NCBI GenBank assembly: GCA_905214715.1
Contig: CAJMMT010000003.1
Coordinates: 1,804-65,803 of the forward strand
Length of the DNA stretch: 64,000 nucleotides
Origin: an uncultured bacterium
Lineage (GTDB): Bacteria > Bacteroidota > Bacteroidia > Bacteroidales > Muribaculaceae
Direction: 5' to 3'
Part shown: positions 1 through 10,180 of the stretch, in pieces
How the letters are laid out: every line of letters begins with the position of its first letter
How positions within the stretch are numbered: the first letter of the stretch is position 1
Position numbers and translations under genes: made by a program
The notes under the pieces: generated by a model
The model's database searches: none
Seen by the model: only the letters and a program-made list of their open reading frames with translations
Told to the model about the DNA's origin: nothing

Positions 1-267
1 GACCAGACCGGCCTGCGGAAAGAGGATATAAAGAAATTCATAACTCATCAGGCCAACAAGCGCATCGTAGCCCAGGTGGCCCACATGCTCGACAAAAACA
101 TGGAAGAGGACTTCTACAACAACATAGAGGAGTTGGGGAATACCGGATCGGCCTCCTGTGCCCTGGTCATGTCGCAGCATAAAGATGAATTCGCCCCGGG
201 CGAGAAGGGGGCCATGATGGTATTCGGGGGAGGTTACTCCTGCGGATGCGCCATACTTGAATTTTAA
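1..267 (+). CDS. fabH: 3-oxoacyl-ACP synthase III, C-terminal part (runs off left edge)
   Basis: Frame 1 is open from base 1: ...KKFITHQANKRI...GNTGSAS...FGGGYSCG; HQAN and GNT motifs; next to fabG. Confidence 0.9.
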   Translation, partial: DQTGLRKEDIKKFITHQANKRIVAQVAHMLDKNMEEDFYNNIEELGNTGSASCALVMSQHKDEFAPGEKGAMMVFGGGYSCGCAILEF

Positions 268-318
268 CAGCAGAAAAAGAACCGGAAAATGCCGGTTTAC
301 AGACATCAGAACAACAAT

Positions 319-1065
319 ATGAAACTTCTTGAAGGAAAAGTGGCCCTGATTACCGGAGCCGCACGCGGCATCGGCAAAGCCCTTGCCATCCGTTTCGCCC
401 AAGAGGGCGCCGACATCGCATTCACCGACCTTGTAATAGATGAAAACGGCCTCGCCACCCAGAATGAAATCGAAGCTCTGGGAGTAAAGTGCAAAGGATA
501 CGCCTCCAACGCCGCCGACTTCGCCCAGACCGAAGAGGTGGTAGCCCAGGTCAAGAATGACTTCGGACACATCGACATACTTGTAAACAACGCAGGCATA
601 ACCAAAGACGGCCTGATGATGCGTATGACAGAGGGCCAGTGGGACGCTGTAATCAACGTGAACCTTAAATCGGCATTCAACTTCATTCATGCCGTGCTTC
701 CCATCATGCTTCGCCAGCGCGGCGGCTCAATCATCAACATGGCATCAGTAGTAGGTGTTCACGGTAACGCCGGACAATCGAACTACGCCGCTTCAAAAGC
801 CGGTCTGATCGCTCTTGCCAAGAGCATCGCCCAGGAGGTAGGCTCCCGCGGAATACGCGCCAACGCCATCGCTCCCGGATATATCGAGACCGCCATGACC
901 GCCGCCCTTCCCGAGGAGGTACGCAAGGAATGGTGCGCCAAGATACCTCTGCGCCGTGGCGGACAGGTAGAGGACATAGCCAACGTAGCCGTTTTCCTGG
1001 CTTCCGACATGTCGGGCTATGTAACCGGACAGGTAATACAGGTCGACGGCGGCATGAACATGTAA
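319..1065 (+). CDS. fabG: 3-oxoacyl-ACP reductase
   Basis: TGAARGIG, NNAGITKD, YAASK and VDGGM SDR motifs; start taken at MKLLEGK. Confidence 0.95.
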   Translation: MKLLEGKVALITGAARGIGKALAIRFAQEGADIAFTDLVIDENGLATQNEIEALGVKCKGYASNAADFAQTEEVVAQVKNDFGHIDILVNNAGITKDGLMMRMTEGQWDAVINVNLKSAFNFIHAVLPIMLRQRGGSIINMASVVGVHGNAGQSNYAASKAGLIALAKSIAQEVGSRGIRANAIAPGYIETAMTAALPEEVRKEWCAKIPLRRGGQVEDIANVAVFLASDMSGYVTGQVIQVDGGMNM

Positions 1066-1067
1066 TC

Positions 1068-1799
1068 ATGGCCCGGAGACACGCTTTGCTGCTGGCCGGA
1101 GGCAAAGGCCTCCGCGCCGGCGGTGACATACCGAAACAATTTCAGGAAATATGCGGGCGACCACTGTTATGGTGGTCGCTACGTGCATTTCATAGCCATG
1201 ACCCGGAAACCGACATTACCGTAGTGATGAATCCGGAATATGCCGGTTTATGGCAGAGTCTGCTCTCCGCGTTGCCTGAAGATGAGCGTATAGCTCACCA
1301 CATCGCCCCGGGAGGGAAGGAGCGCGGAGAATCGGTAATGAACGGTCTGCGGAACATAAAGGAACGCGGAGATGCGTGCGAAAATATCCTCGTGGCTGTC
1401 CACGACGGTGCCAGACCGCTGATAACGCCGGAGATGATAGAACGGGGATTCGATATGGCCGAGAAACGTGGAAACGCAGTGCCTTATAAGCCCCTTACCG
1501 ACTCCATACGACACCTCAACACCACCGGGCAACCCGAAAAAGGGTCCGGACCGGCAGACAGGAGCGCGTTTGTATGTGTCCAGACCCCCCAGATTTTCAA
1601 ATATGACACCCTCTGCGAGGCATACGCCAAAAGCCGAGGCCTAACCTTTACCGACGATGCCTCTTTGGCCGAGCAAGCTTTGGGATTGGAGATCGCTCTT
1701 TATGAGGGGGAGAGTTCCAATATAAAGGTTACCAACCCGGAGGACTTCGCAATCGCGGAGACACTGCTCGGTCTTCTCCACAGCAACGGGAAATCCTGA
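1068..1799 (+). CDS. ispD: 2-C-methyl-D-erythritol 4-phosphate cytidylyltransferase
   Basis: LAGGKGLR..PKQF, VHDGARP, QTPQ, TDDAS, NIKVT; ATG 2 nt after the fabG stop. Confidence 0.92.
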   Translation: MARRHALLLAGGKGLRAGGDIPKQFQEICGRPLLWWSLRAFHSHDPETDITVVMNPEYAGLWQSLLSALPEDERIAHHIAPGGKERGESVMNGLRNIKERGDACENILVAVHDGARPLITPEMIERGFDMAEKRGNAVPYKPLTDSIRHLNTTGQPEKGSGPADRSAFVCVQTPQIFKYDTLCEAYAKSRGLTFTDDASLAEQALGLEIALYEGESSNIKVTNPEDFAIAETLLGLLHSNGKS

Positions 1800-1849
1800 T
1801 AACCAACCGGGAAATCTGACATAAACAGCAGAACAAGGAAACTGGAAGT

Positions 1850-3949
1850 ATGCTTGACACTGATATAAAATACCTGAAAGGTGTAGGCGACCGCCGGGCT
1901 GAAACGCTCGGCAAGGAGCTTGGCATACATACTTTCCGCGATCTGCTGTATTACTTTCCTTTCCGTCATATAGACCGCAGCCGGTTTTACCGCATAAGCG
2001 AGTTCGTGGGACTCGACATGCCCAACGTACAGGTAAAGGGTTGTTTCATTTCTTTCCGTGAAGAGGGAGAAGGAGCCAAGAAGCGGCTTGTAGGCGTTTT
2101 CAGCGACGGCAAATCGCTGATGGAGGTGGTATGGTTCAGCGGTATCAATAAAATAAAGGACATCTATACCACGGGCAAAGAGTACGTGGTTATGGGCAAG
2201 CCGGCTATCTTCCGCAATGCCTACACCATGACCCACCCTGAAATAGAGGCCTACGACCCTGCCCGACCGCCTCAGGGACTGCGTGGCATCTACAGTCTTA
2301 CGGAAACTATGCGCAAGCGCGGGTTTACCCAGCGAATAATGCAGACGATGGTGCGCAATCTGCTCGACAACCCCAAGGTTACGGCAAGCATTACGGAAGC
2401 GTTGCCGGCACGTCTGCTTGAGAAGCACCGCATGCCGCCACTTAAAGAGGCATTGCGCGCGCTGCATATTCCCGAGAATCCCATACAGTTACAGCGTGCC
2501 ACCGAGCGCATGAAGTTCGAGGAACTATATTATCTGGAACTGCATATACTGAACACCGCAGGCAAAAGGCGGAGCCGCACAAGGGGGAATATATTTTCGC
2601 GCATCGGTGAGAACTTCAACAGATTTTACAGCGACGTGATACCCTTCGACCTCACCGGAGCTCAGAAAAGAGTGCTGCGCGAGATAAGGGATGACATGCG
2701 CACCGGGCGACAGATGAACCGTCTGCTTCAAGGCGATGTAGGCTCGGGGAAGACGATGGTGGCCTTCATGACCATGCTTATGGGTATCGACAACGGCTTT
2801 CAGGGGTGCATGATGGCCCCAACCGAAATCTTGGCGGCCCAGCACTATGAGTCGCTGAAGCCCTGGGGCGATGCGCTCGGCATAAAAATCGAACTGCTCA
2901 CAGGCTCCACGCGCGCGGCCAAACGGCGCGAGATAGCGGCCGCACTGATGTCGGGAGAACTGAACATCCTGGTCGGGACCCACGCCCTGATAGAGGAGAA
3001 AGTGGAGTTCGCCAATCTCGGCATAGCCGTAATAGACGAGCAACATAGATTTGGAGTGGCGCAACGGGCCAAAATGTGGGGCAAGGCCGAAATACCCCCT
3101 CATGTGCTGGTAATGACCGCTACACCGATACCGCGCACCCTCGCCATGACAGTATATGGCGATCTGGAAGTAAGCGTTATCGACGAGCTGCCACCGGGAC
3201 GGAAACCTATAGAGACACTGCTGAGGTATGACGATAACCGTATGGAGGTGAATCGTCTTATACTTAGGGAACTGCAGGCCGGAAGGCAGGTTTATATCGT
3301 TTATCCGCTTGTAAAGGAAAATCAGAAGCTCGACCTGAAAAGCGTAGAGGAAGGGTTCAACCGCATTCAGGGGCTGTTTCCGCAGTATAAGGTATGCATG
3401 GTTCACGGGCAGATGAAGAGCGAGGCCAAAGACCGGGCCATGGAACGGTTTGTAAGCGGAGAGGCGCGTATAATGGTAGCCACCACGGTGATAGAGGTCG
3501 GGGTAAACGTACCTAACGCGTCGGTGATGGTTATCGAGAATGCCGAACGGTTCGGACTGTCGCAACTGCACCAGCTGCGCGGGCGCGTGGGACGCGGAGC
3601 CGAGAAAAGCTATTGTGTGCTGATAGGAAACCACAAGTCAGGCAGCATGACCAAGAAAAGATTGGGAATAATGACCGAGACTACCGACGGCTTCCTTATA
3701 TCGGAGGCAGACATGAAGATGCGAGGGCCGGGCGACATGGAGGGGACGCAGCAGAGCGGCATAGCGTTCGACCTCAAGATAGCCAACCTTACGCGCGACG
3801 GACAGTTCGTGGAACTTGCACGCCGCGAAGCGGAACAAACATTGGCTATGGCCGCCAATGGAAAACTTACCGATGAGGAACGCATGATACTGGGTGCAGA
3901 ACTTCACCGCCGCTTCAACAAGCAGATGGACTGGTCGCAAATATCTTAG
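1850..3949 (+). CDS. recG: ATP-dependent DNA helicase RecG
   Basis: LQGDVGSGKT, DEQHRFGV, MTATPIPRT, QLRGRVGRG. Confidence 0.97.
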   Translation: MLDTDIKYLKGVGDRRAETLGKELGIHTFRDLLYYFPFRHIDRSRFYRISEFVGLDMPNVQVKGCFISFREEGEGAKKRLVGVFSDGKSLMEVVWFSGINKIKDIYTTGKEYVVMGKPAIFRNAYTMTHPEIEAYDPARPPQGLRGIYSLTETMRKRGFTQRIMQTMVRNLLDNPKVTASITEALPARLLEKHRMPPLKEALRALHIPENPIQLQRATERMKFEELYYLELHILNTAGKRRSRTRGNIFSRIGENFNRFYSDVIPFDLTGAQKRVLREIRDDMRTGRQMNRLLQGDVGSGKTMVAFMTMLMGIDNGFQGCMMAPTEILAAQHYESLKPWGDALGIKIELLTGSTRAAKRREIAAALMSGELNILVGTHALIEEKVEFANLGIAVIDEQHRFGVAQRAKMWGKAEIPPHVLVMTATPIPRTLAMTVYGDLEVSVIDELPPGRKPIETLLRYDDNRMEVNRLILRELQAGRQVYIVYPLVKENQKLDLKSVEEGFNRIQGLFPQYKVCMVHGQMKSEAKDRAMERFVSGEARIMVATTVIEVGVNVPNASVMVIENAERFGLSQLHQLRGRVGRGAEKSYCVLIGNHKSGSMTKKRLGIMTETTDGFLISEADMKMRGPGDMEGTQQSGIAFDLKIANLTRDGQFVELARREAEQTLAMAANGKLTDEERMILGAELHRRFNKQMDWSQIS

Positions 3950-3952
3950 AGT

Positions 3953-4627
3953 ATGAAAGTTGTATATGAGGACAACCACCTGGTGGTGGTACGCAAGGAG
4001 GCCGGGGAAATCGTGCAGGGAGACAAGACCGGCGACAAACCTTTGTCGGAATTCGTAAAGGATTATCTCAAAGAGAAATATAACAAACCTGGCAACGTGT
4101 TCTGTGGCGTCGTTCACCGCATAGACCGTCCGGTGGCCGGACTGGTGATATTCGCGCGCACCTCGAAGGCTCTGGCACGACTCAACGAGATGCTGCGCAA
4201 AGGTGATATACACAAAACCTATTGGGCGCTCGTAGAGGGGAAACCGAAAGTGAAAGAGGGGGAACTTACCGACTGGCTGGTAAGCGACGGACGGCTGAAC
4301 AAGACAAGAGTGGCTACGAAGGACACTCCGGAAGCAAAATTGTCGAAGATGCGATACCGCACCATCGCCGAAGGGGAACGCTACACTCTGCTTGAGGTAA
4401 ATCTACTCACAGGCCGCAAGCATCAGATACGCTGCCAGCTGTCGGCGATGGGCAATCCTATAAAAGGAGACCTGAAATATGGGGCACGGCGAAGCAATCC
4501 CGACGGAGGGATCTCACTGCTGGCCCGTCACATAGAATTCGAGCATCCCGTATCCCACAAGCAGATATCCCTCGATACCGAACCTCTGGAAGAGATGAAA
4601 AAACTTCCCGGGATAAAAGGGGAATAG
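3953..4627 (+). CDS. RluA-family RNA pseudouridine synthase
   Basis: VHRIDRPVAG catalytic motif, TGRKHQIR, PIKGDLKYG. Confidence 0.92.
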   Translation: MKVVYEDNHLVVVRKEAGEIVQGDKTGDKPLSEFVKDYLKEKYNKPGNVFCGVVHRIDRPVAGLVIFARTSKALARLNEMLRKGDIHKTYWALVEGKPKVKEGELTDWLVSDGRLNKTRVATKDTPEAKLSKMRYRTIAEGERYTLLEVNLLTGRKHQIRCQLSAMGNPIKGDLKYGARRSNPDGGISLLARHIEFEHPVSHKQISLDTEPLEEMKKLPGIKGE

Positions 4628-4702
4628 GCCGTTTACTATAAAAAATATCGCTGTCAACGGCAATAATAATTCCGGCAAGGGGATAACAAGAACTTTTTTT
4701 AT

Positions 4703-4710
4703 TAAATTTG
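4703..4710 (+). promoter_or_regulatory. Bacteroidetes -7 promoter element
   Basis: TAAATTTG (TAnnTTTG) in an AT-rich gap upstream of the 4806 ORF. Confidence 0.55.
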
Positions 4711-4805
4711 TAGTTGGGCCGTAGCAATCTCGCCAATCAGGATTGCACTATGGACTTCAGTCAAAATTCATCACAGGAAAGGGGAAACCAATACCGAATA
4801 TAGAT

Positions 4806-5255
4806 ATGGCACTCTGGTTTGAAACGAAAGTAAGATACGACAAAATACAGGAAAACGGGGCTGTAAAGAAAGTTAACGAACCCTATCTGGTAGACGCCCT
4901 GACCTTTACCGAGGCCGAGGCCCGCATAATCGAAGAGATGAAACCCTTCATCTCCGGCGACTTCACCATTTCGGCCGTCAAGAAAACGAAAGTGGCCGAG
5001 ATATTTTTCGATGATCGTGGCGACCGCTATTACATGGTGAAAGTAAGTTTCATAACATTAGACGAGAAAAGCGGCACAGAAAAGAAGACAGCCAGTTTCA
5101 TACTGGTTCAGGCCTCCGATTTTCAGGGAGCGGTAGACCGTTTCAACGAGGGGATGAAAGGCACCATGTCGGATTACGAAATAACTTCGATAACCGAGAC
5201 GCAACTTATGGATGTTTATCCCGCAGTTCTCGATCCGGATAAAAAAGGGGAATGA
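4806..5255 (+). CDS. DUF4494-family conserved Bacteroidetes protein
   Basis: WFETKVRYDK...EPYLVDALTFTEAEARI pattern; lies next to yggS as in Bacteroides. Confidence 0.8.
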   Translation: MALWFETKVRYDKIQENGAVKKVNEPYLVDALTFTEAEARIIEEMKPFISGDFTISAVKKTKVAEIFFDDRGDRYYMVKVSFITLDEKSGTEKKTASFILVQASDFQGAVDRFNEGMKGTMSDYEITSITETQLMDVYPAVLDPDKKGE

Positions 5256-5917
5256 TGATAGCCGGGAGAATCAAGGAAATACACGCCATGCTCCCTGCGG
5301 GAGTCGAACTTGTGGCGGTATCGAAGTTTCATCCAGCCGAGGCCATACGCGAGGCATACGAAGCCGGACAACGCATATTCGGCGAAAGCCGTGTGCAGGA
5401 ACTTCTGACCAAAATACCGCAATTGCCTGAAGATATAAGATGGCATTTCATAGGCCACCTGCAGACCAACAAGGTGAAGCAGATTGTGGGCAAGACCTCC
5501 CTTATAGAGAGCGTGGATTCCGAACGACTGCTCCGGGTAATAGACTCGGAGTCGGAAAAAGCCGGAGTAGTGACACGGGTTCTTCTTGAAGTGCATGTCG
5601 CTCAGGAAGAGACAAAATCGGGATTCATGCCCGAAGAACTGAGACGGTATTTCAACGAACGCCGTTTCGAACAGCTCAAAGCCACGCATATCTGCGGCAT
5701 AATGGGCATGGCCTCCAACACCGACGATATGGAAAGGGTCAGGAAAGATTTCGCGACCATAAGCTCACTGTATCGAGAGATAGCCGACGACAGCGACCTG
5801 GGCCTGAGAGGTTTCGACCATCTCTCCATGGGTATGAGCGGAGACTGGAGAATAGCGGTCGAGGAGGGTTCCAACATAGTAAGGATCGGAACAGCTATCT
5901 TCGGAAACCGCTTATGA
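5252..5917 (+). CDS. yggS: YggS-family pyridoxal phosphate-binding protein
   Basis: LVAVSK, FGESRVQE, WHFIGHLQTNK, LSMGMSGD, VRIGTAIFG. Confidence 0.95.
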   Translation: MMIAGRIKEIHAMLPAGVELVAVSKFHPAEAIREAYEAGQRIFGESRVQELLTKIPQLPEDIRWHFIGHLQTNKVKQIVGKTSLIESVDSERLLRVIDSESEKAGVVTRVLLEVHVAQEETKSGFMPEELRRYFNERRFEQLKATHICGIMGMASNTDDMERVRKDFATISSLYREIADDSDLGLRGFDHLSMGMSGDWRIAVEEGSNIVRIGTAIFGNRL

Positions 5918-5994
5918 CGATTATATCGGGAAGGAGGGAACAATTGATTGCTTGGATATAATTTATCTTGCTAAAAACCAATATTTCTACAGCT

Positions 5995-7314
5995 ATGAAC
6001 CAAACTTCAACCAACGCGGGGAAATCGCAGATGATGACAATCATCACCATGATGTTCCTGTTCGGCATGATTTCTTTCGTGACGAATCTCGCGGCTCCTG
6101 TAGGCACCATCTGGAAAAACCAGATTGTAGGTGCCGGTATGTTAGGTAACCTGATGAACTTCATGGCATACCTCTTCATGGGTATACCTGCGGGAAAACT
6201 TCTTACCAAAATAGGATATAAGAAAACCACTCTGTGGGCACTCGGAATCGGTTTCGCCGGCATGGTGCTCCAGTATCTGTCGAGCATCACAGATGGCGGA
6301 CAAGGATACACCGCCTTCGGAATCTATCTGTTCGGCGCGCTTGTAGGCGGTTTCTGCGTCTGCATGCTCAACTCGGTTGTGAACCCGATGCTCAACCTGA
6401 TCGGAGGCGGCGGCGTACGCGGAAATCAGCTCCTGCAGATAGGAGGCACTTTCAACTCGCTTCTCGCAACCGTAACCCCGATGATGGTAGGTATGCTCAT
6501 AGGCGAGATTACCAAAGATTCGAAGATGGCGGACGTAGACATACTGCTCATGATCGCCATGGGTGTCTTCCTGCTGGCCTTCTTTATAATTCTCGGTGCC
6601 AAGATACCTGAACCCAATGCGCAGAAGAGGGGTAAGACAGCCGACAAATACAGTGCCTGGAGTTTCCGCCACACAGTTCTCGGCATCATAGGCATCTTCT
6701 TCTATGTAGGTATCGAGGTGGGTATTCCCGGAACCATGATATTCTATCTTTCCGACACGTCGGCCCGCGGCGCCGGTCTTACGGTAAACGCTACCGCAAT
6801 CGCAGGCGGTGTGGCCGCGATATATTGGTTCCTGATGCTCTGCGGACGTTTCATCTCGTCGTTTATTTCGGGTAAGGTTTCAAGCCGCACACAGATGATT
6901 ACCGTCTCGCTGGTAGCTATCTGCCTCGTGATAGCCGCCATCTTCATCTCGAAAGATGTAACGGTAAGCATGCCGGCCTACTCTGTGGAAGATGGCTTCT
7001 CTATGGCAGCCGTTCCCATGTCGGCTCTTCTGCTGGTGCTTTGCGGCCTTTGCACTTCCGTTATGTGGGGCGGAATCTTCAACCTCGCGGTCGAGGGGCT
7101 CGGTAAATATACAGCACAGGCTTCAGGCATGTTCATGATGATGGTAGTCGGCGGCGGTGTGATGCCCTACCTTCAGGAACTTATTGCAAACGCCACAACC
7201 TACATGACCTCCTATTGGCTTGTAGTGGCTATGCTCGGATACCTGCTGTTCTACAGCCTGATCGGTTCCAAGAACGTAAACACGAATATTCCGGTCGACG
7301 AAGACCCGGTATAA
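5995..7314 (+). CDS. MFS sugar transporter (FucP/GluP-like)
   Basis: About 12 hydrophobic segments; VVNP, FYVGIEV and MWGGIFNLAVEGLG typical of the fucose/glucose permease family. Confidence 0.85.
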   Translation: MNQTSTNAGKSQMMTIITMMFLFGMISFVTNLAAPVGTIWKNQIVGAGMLGNLMNFMAYLFMGIPAGKLLTKIGYKKTTLWALGIGFAGMVLQYLSSITDGGQGYTAFGIYLFGALVGGFCVCMLNSVVNPMLNLIGGGGVRGNQLLQIGGTFNSLLATVTPMMVGMLIGEITKDSKMADVDILLMIAMGVFLLAFFIILGAKIPEPNAQKRGKTADKYSAWSFRHTVLGIIGIFFYVGIEVGIPGTMIFYLSDTSARGAGLTVNATAIAGGVAAIYWFLMLCGRFISSFISGKVSSRTQMITVSLVAICLVIAAIFISKDVTVSMPAYSVEDGFSMAAVPMSALLLVLCGLCTSVMWGGIFNLAVEGLGKYTAQASGMFMMMVVGGGVMPYLQELIANATTYMTSYWLVVAMLGYLLFYSLIGSKNVNTNIPVDEDPV

Positions 7315-7320
7315 CAATAG

Positions 7321-7379
7321 TATAACCATATGAAAAAGAGGATGGCCTTTACAGCCATCCTCTTTTTCATATGGTTATA
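7321..7379. terminator. Bidirectional terminator, 26-bp perfect inverted repeat
   Basis: TATAACCATATGAAAAAGAGGATGGC-ctttaca-GCCATCCTCTTTTTCATATGGTTATA between convergent genes. Confidence 0.85.
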
Positions 7380-7396
7380 TCTGCATTCGGGCGGTT

Positions 7397-8770
7397 TTAT
7401 TTCTGCTCAGTCTGCCGCAGGGCGGCCAGATAGTCGGCTACCACAAATGTAGACCCCCCTATGAAAAGTATGTCTTGCTCACCGCAATCACCACGGGCTG
7501 CGACGGCAGCCTCGGCAACCGTAGGAAATTCGCGGCAACCCAGGCCCGAGGCACGGCATTTCGCTCCCAGTTCCTTAACCGGGAGCGCCCGTGGTATCAG
7601 CGCGTTTGAAATATAATATTCAGCCTCTTGCGGAAGAAGAGCCAATATATCGTCGATAGCCTTGTCGGCCACGAATCCCATCACAATGCGAAGTTTACCA
7701 TGCTTGCGATGGCGCATCATCTCGCGCAGCTGCGCCACGTTATAGCGTATGCCCGCTTCATTATGACCTGTGTCGCATATGGTAAGGGGATGCTCGCAGG
7801 TAACCGTCCAACGCCCCATAAGTCCCGTATTGACCACTACGTTGGCGATGCCCGAAGCCACGTCTCTCTCCGATATCGGAAACAGATCGCGCCCTATTAT
7901 CTCTTTAGCGGCAACCAGTACAGTACGCAAGTTGGCAATCTGGTAATAACCGCCAAGAGGAGATGATATCATGCCGCCGAGTGTCGAGAGGCATTCCCAG
8001 CCGGAAGGCATAAGACTGCGCACCGGTTTGAGTATATCGGGATAATCGTCAGCGAAAATTATCGGGGCTCCAACTTCATAGGCTCGATTGGTGAAAACAT
8101 TCCTTACATCACCTTCCGCCTCCCCTATCACAACCGGTATATCTTTTTTTATAATACCGGCCTTCTCGGTAGCGATCTCTTCAAGAGTCGAACCGAGAAA
8201 CTGTGTATGGTCTTTCGATATGTTGGTTATCACACATAGCTCAGGCGTAAGTATATTGGTGGAATCGAGACGTCCCCCCATTCCAACCTCTATAACCGCC
8301 ACATCCACTTTTTCCGATGCGAACCAGTCGAAAGCCATCATCATGGTAAGCTCGAAGAAAGAGGGCGAACCGCTGTAATCCATCTCTTTCCACCTGTCGA
8401 CGAATTCCACCACCTTCGCACGGGGAATCATCTGACCGTTTATGCGTATACGTTCGCGGAAATCAACGAGATGAGGAGAGGTATACAAAGCTGTCTTGAG
8501 CCCCGCCTCCTGCAGAATCGAGGCTAAGTTGTGAGATGTACTCCCCTTGCCGTTGGTACCCGCTATATGTATACTGCGGAATTTCCGGTGGGGATTTCCA
8601 AATGCTTCGGCGAGAGCTACCGAAGTCTCGAGTCCCGGCTTATATGCGGCCGCCCCTACGCGTGAGAACATGGGAAGACGACCGTAAAGATATTCGAGTG
8701 CGGAATTATATTCGCTGTCTGTGGCCGAAAGGCCTGATGAGAAATTTGAATTCATCTTTTCATAGAGCAT
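7397..8770 (-). CDS. folC: Folylpolyglutamate synthase/dihydrofolate synthase
   Basis: HIAGTNGKGS, YTSPHL, EVGMGGRLDSTN, DTGHN; the start could be 8755. Confidence 0.95.
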   Translation of the reverse strand: MLYEKMNSNFSSGLSATDSEYNSALEYLYGRLPMFSRVGAAAYKPGLETSVALAEAFGNPHRKFRSIHIAGTNGKGSTSHNLASILQEAGLKTALYTSPHLVDFRERIRINGQMIPRAKVVEFVDRWKEMDYSGSPSFFELTMMMAFDWFASEKVDVAVIEVGMGGRLDSTNILTPELCVITNISKDHTQFLGSTLEEIATEKAGIIKKDIPVVIGEAEGDVRNVFTNRAYEVGAPIIFADDYPDILKPVRSLMPSGWECLSTLGGMISSPLGGYYQIANLRTVLVAAKEIIGRDLFPISERDVASGIANVVVNTGLMGRWTVTCEHPLTICDTGHNEAGIRYNVAQLREMMRHRKHGKLRIVMGFVADKAIDDILALLPQEAEYYISNALIPRALPVKELGAKCRASGLGCREFPTVAEAAVAARGDCGEQDILFIGGSTFVVADYLAALRQTEQK

Positions 8771-9368
8771 ATAATATGAACCCGGCTATTCCCGCCATGA
8801 CAATGACCCATATAGGATGGATTGAGATGCGGGAGCCGCGCCATGGAATCTTGAAAAAAACCAGACAGAACGCCGATATGCAGATTATGACACTTGCCAC
8901 CAACTGCGACGTGCGGCCGTCAGGCATGAAATTAGGAGCGTTCATAAGCAGAATCGCCGCGGAAGCGATAAGCCCCACAACCACCGGTCTCAGGCCTGAG
9001 AAAACAGCCTTTATCACTCCGCTTTCGTTATGACGGCGTATAAAGTGGCTGGCGTACACCACAAGCAGGAAAGAGGGCACCACCACCGCCAGGGTGGCGA
9101 GCAGGGAACCGAGCAGCCCCCAATACCATGTGTCAAGAGCGGGGTCTACCTGCCCCGGGGCTACAAAACCTATGTATGTCGCCGAGTTTATCCCTATAGG
9201 GCCGGGGGTCATCTGCGAGATAGCCACAATGTCAGTAAACATTGTCTCTGAAATCCAACCGGGATCCACTACCGATTTCTCGACCAGCGACAGCATGGCG
9301 TATCCGCCTCCGAAGCCGAAAATGCCTATCTTGATATAGGCCCATATAAGTTGCCAGTAAATAGTCAT
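8760..9368 (-). CDS. Short-chain chromate transporter (CHR) subunit
   Basis: FGFGGGY, SQMTPGP, GLRPVVVGLI. Confidence 0.9.
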   Translation of the reverse strand: MTIYWQLIWAYIKIGIFGFGGGYAMLSLVEKSVVDPGWISETMFTDIVAISQMTPGPIGINSATYIGFVAPGQVDPALDTWYWGLLGSLLATLAVVVPSFLLVVYASHFIRRHNESGVIKAVFSGLRPVVVGLIASAAILLMNAPNFMPDGRTSQLVASVIICISAFCLVFFKIPWRGSRISIHPIWVIVMAGIAGFILYAL

Positions 9369-9380
9369 TTTCCAATCCTC

Positions 9381-9992
9381 CTATACTTTATTCCGTTTAT
9401 GTTTACCTGATTTCCATATCGCCCATCCTCCCAGGGCACCGAGCACGATGTAAAGGACAGGGTTGGACACAATACCCATGTCGAGAGATATCATAAGGGC
9501 CACCACCAACGGTATCCAGACCGTGCGCCATGTAAGATGAGCGGCTTTGGCCGACGTTATCACAGGCGCCACGATTAGAGCCACCACTGCCGGGCGTATG
9601 CCCATGAATATCGCCGATACCACCCTGTTGCCCTTTATCATATCGGGAGTGAGGAAGATGGCTATACACAATATTATCAGAAACGAAGGGAGTATGGTGC
9701 CGAGTGCGGCGGTTACACTACCGCGCATCCCTCTCACCTTATCGCCTACGGAAGTGGCGATATTGACGGCTAAAATACCCGGCAACGACTGGGCCACGGC
9801 AAGGAGATCGAGAAACTCATCGCGTTCTATCCAACGGTGATTGTCTACAATCTCGCGTTCTATAATGGAAATCATAGCCCATCCTCCGCCAAATGTAAAA
9901 AGACCTATCTTGAAAAAGGAGGAGAAAAGCTGGCCGAGAGGGGCAACCTTACCCTCTTCCGAGCGGGTATCTTCAGAATCTGTTAGCATCAT
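9381..9992 (-). CDS. Short-chain chromate transporter (CHR) subunit
   Basis: FTFGGG, AQSLPG, GIRPAVVALI; paired with the adjacent CHR gene. Confidence 0.9.
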   Translation of the reverse strand: MMLTDSEDTRSEEGKVAPLGQLFSSFFKIGLFTFGGGWAMISIIEREIVDNHRWIERDEFLDLLAVAQSLPGILAVNIATSVGDKVRGMRGSVTAALGTILPSFLIILCIAIFLTPDMIKGNRVVSAIFMGIRPAVVALIVAPVITSAKAAHLTWRTVWIPLVVALMISLDMGIVSNPVLYIVLGALGGWAIWKSGKHKRNKV

Positions 9993-10055
9993 ATCTTATA
10001 CGGAGAGTTACGGATCCTATCCCCGGAGACTCTCTTTTAACTGATACAAAATTAT

Positions 10056-10095
10056 AAAAAACCGGACTTGCCACCATAGGCAAAACCGGCTTTTT
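10056..10095 (-). terminator. Probable terminator downstream of the RNase E/G gene
   Basis: CCGG..TTGCC/GGCAA..CCGG stem flanked by A and T runs. Confidence 0.55.
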
Positions 10096-10180
10096 AATAG
10101 GTAAATTAAATGTCGACTCTCTTAGAGAGTATTTCTTCCAAAATCCCGAGACTCGTTCAGGAGCGTTTCTTCCCGAAACG

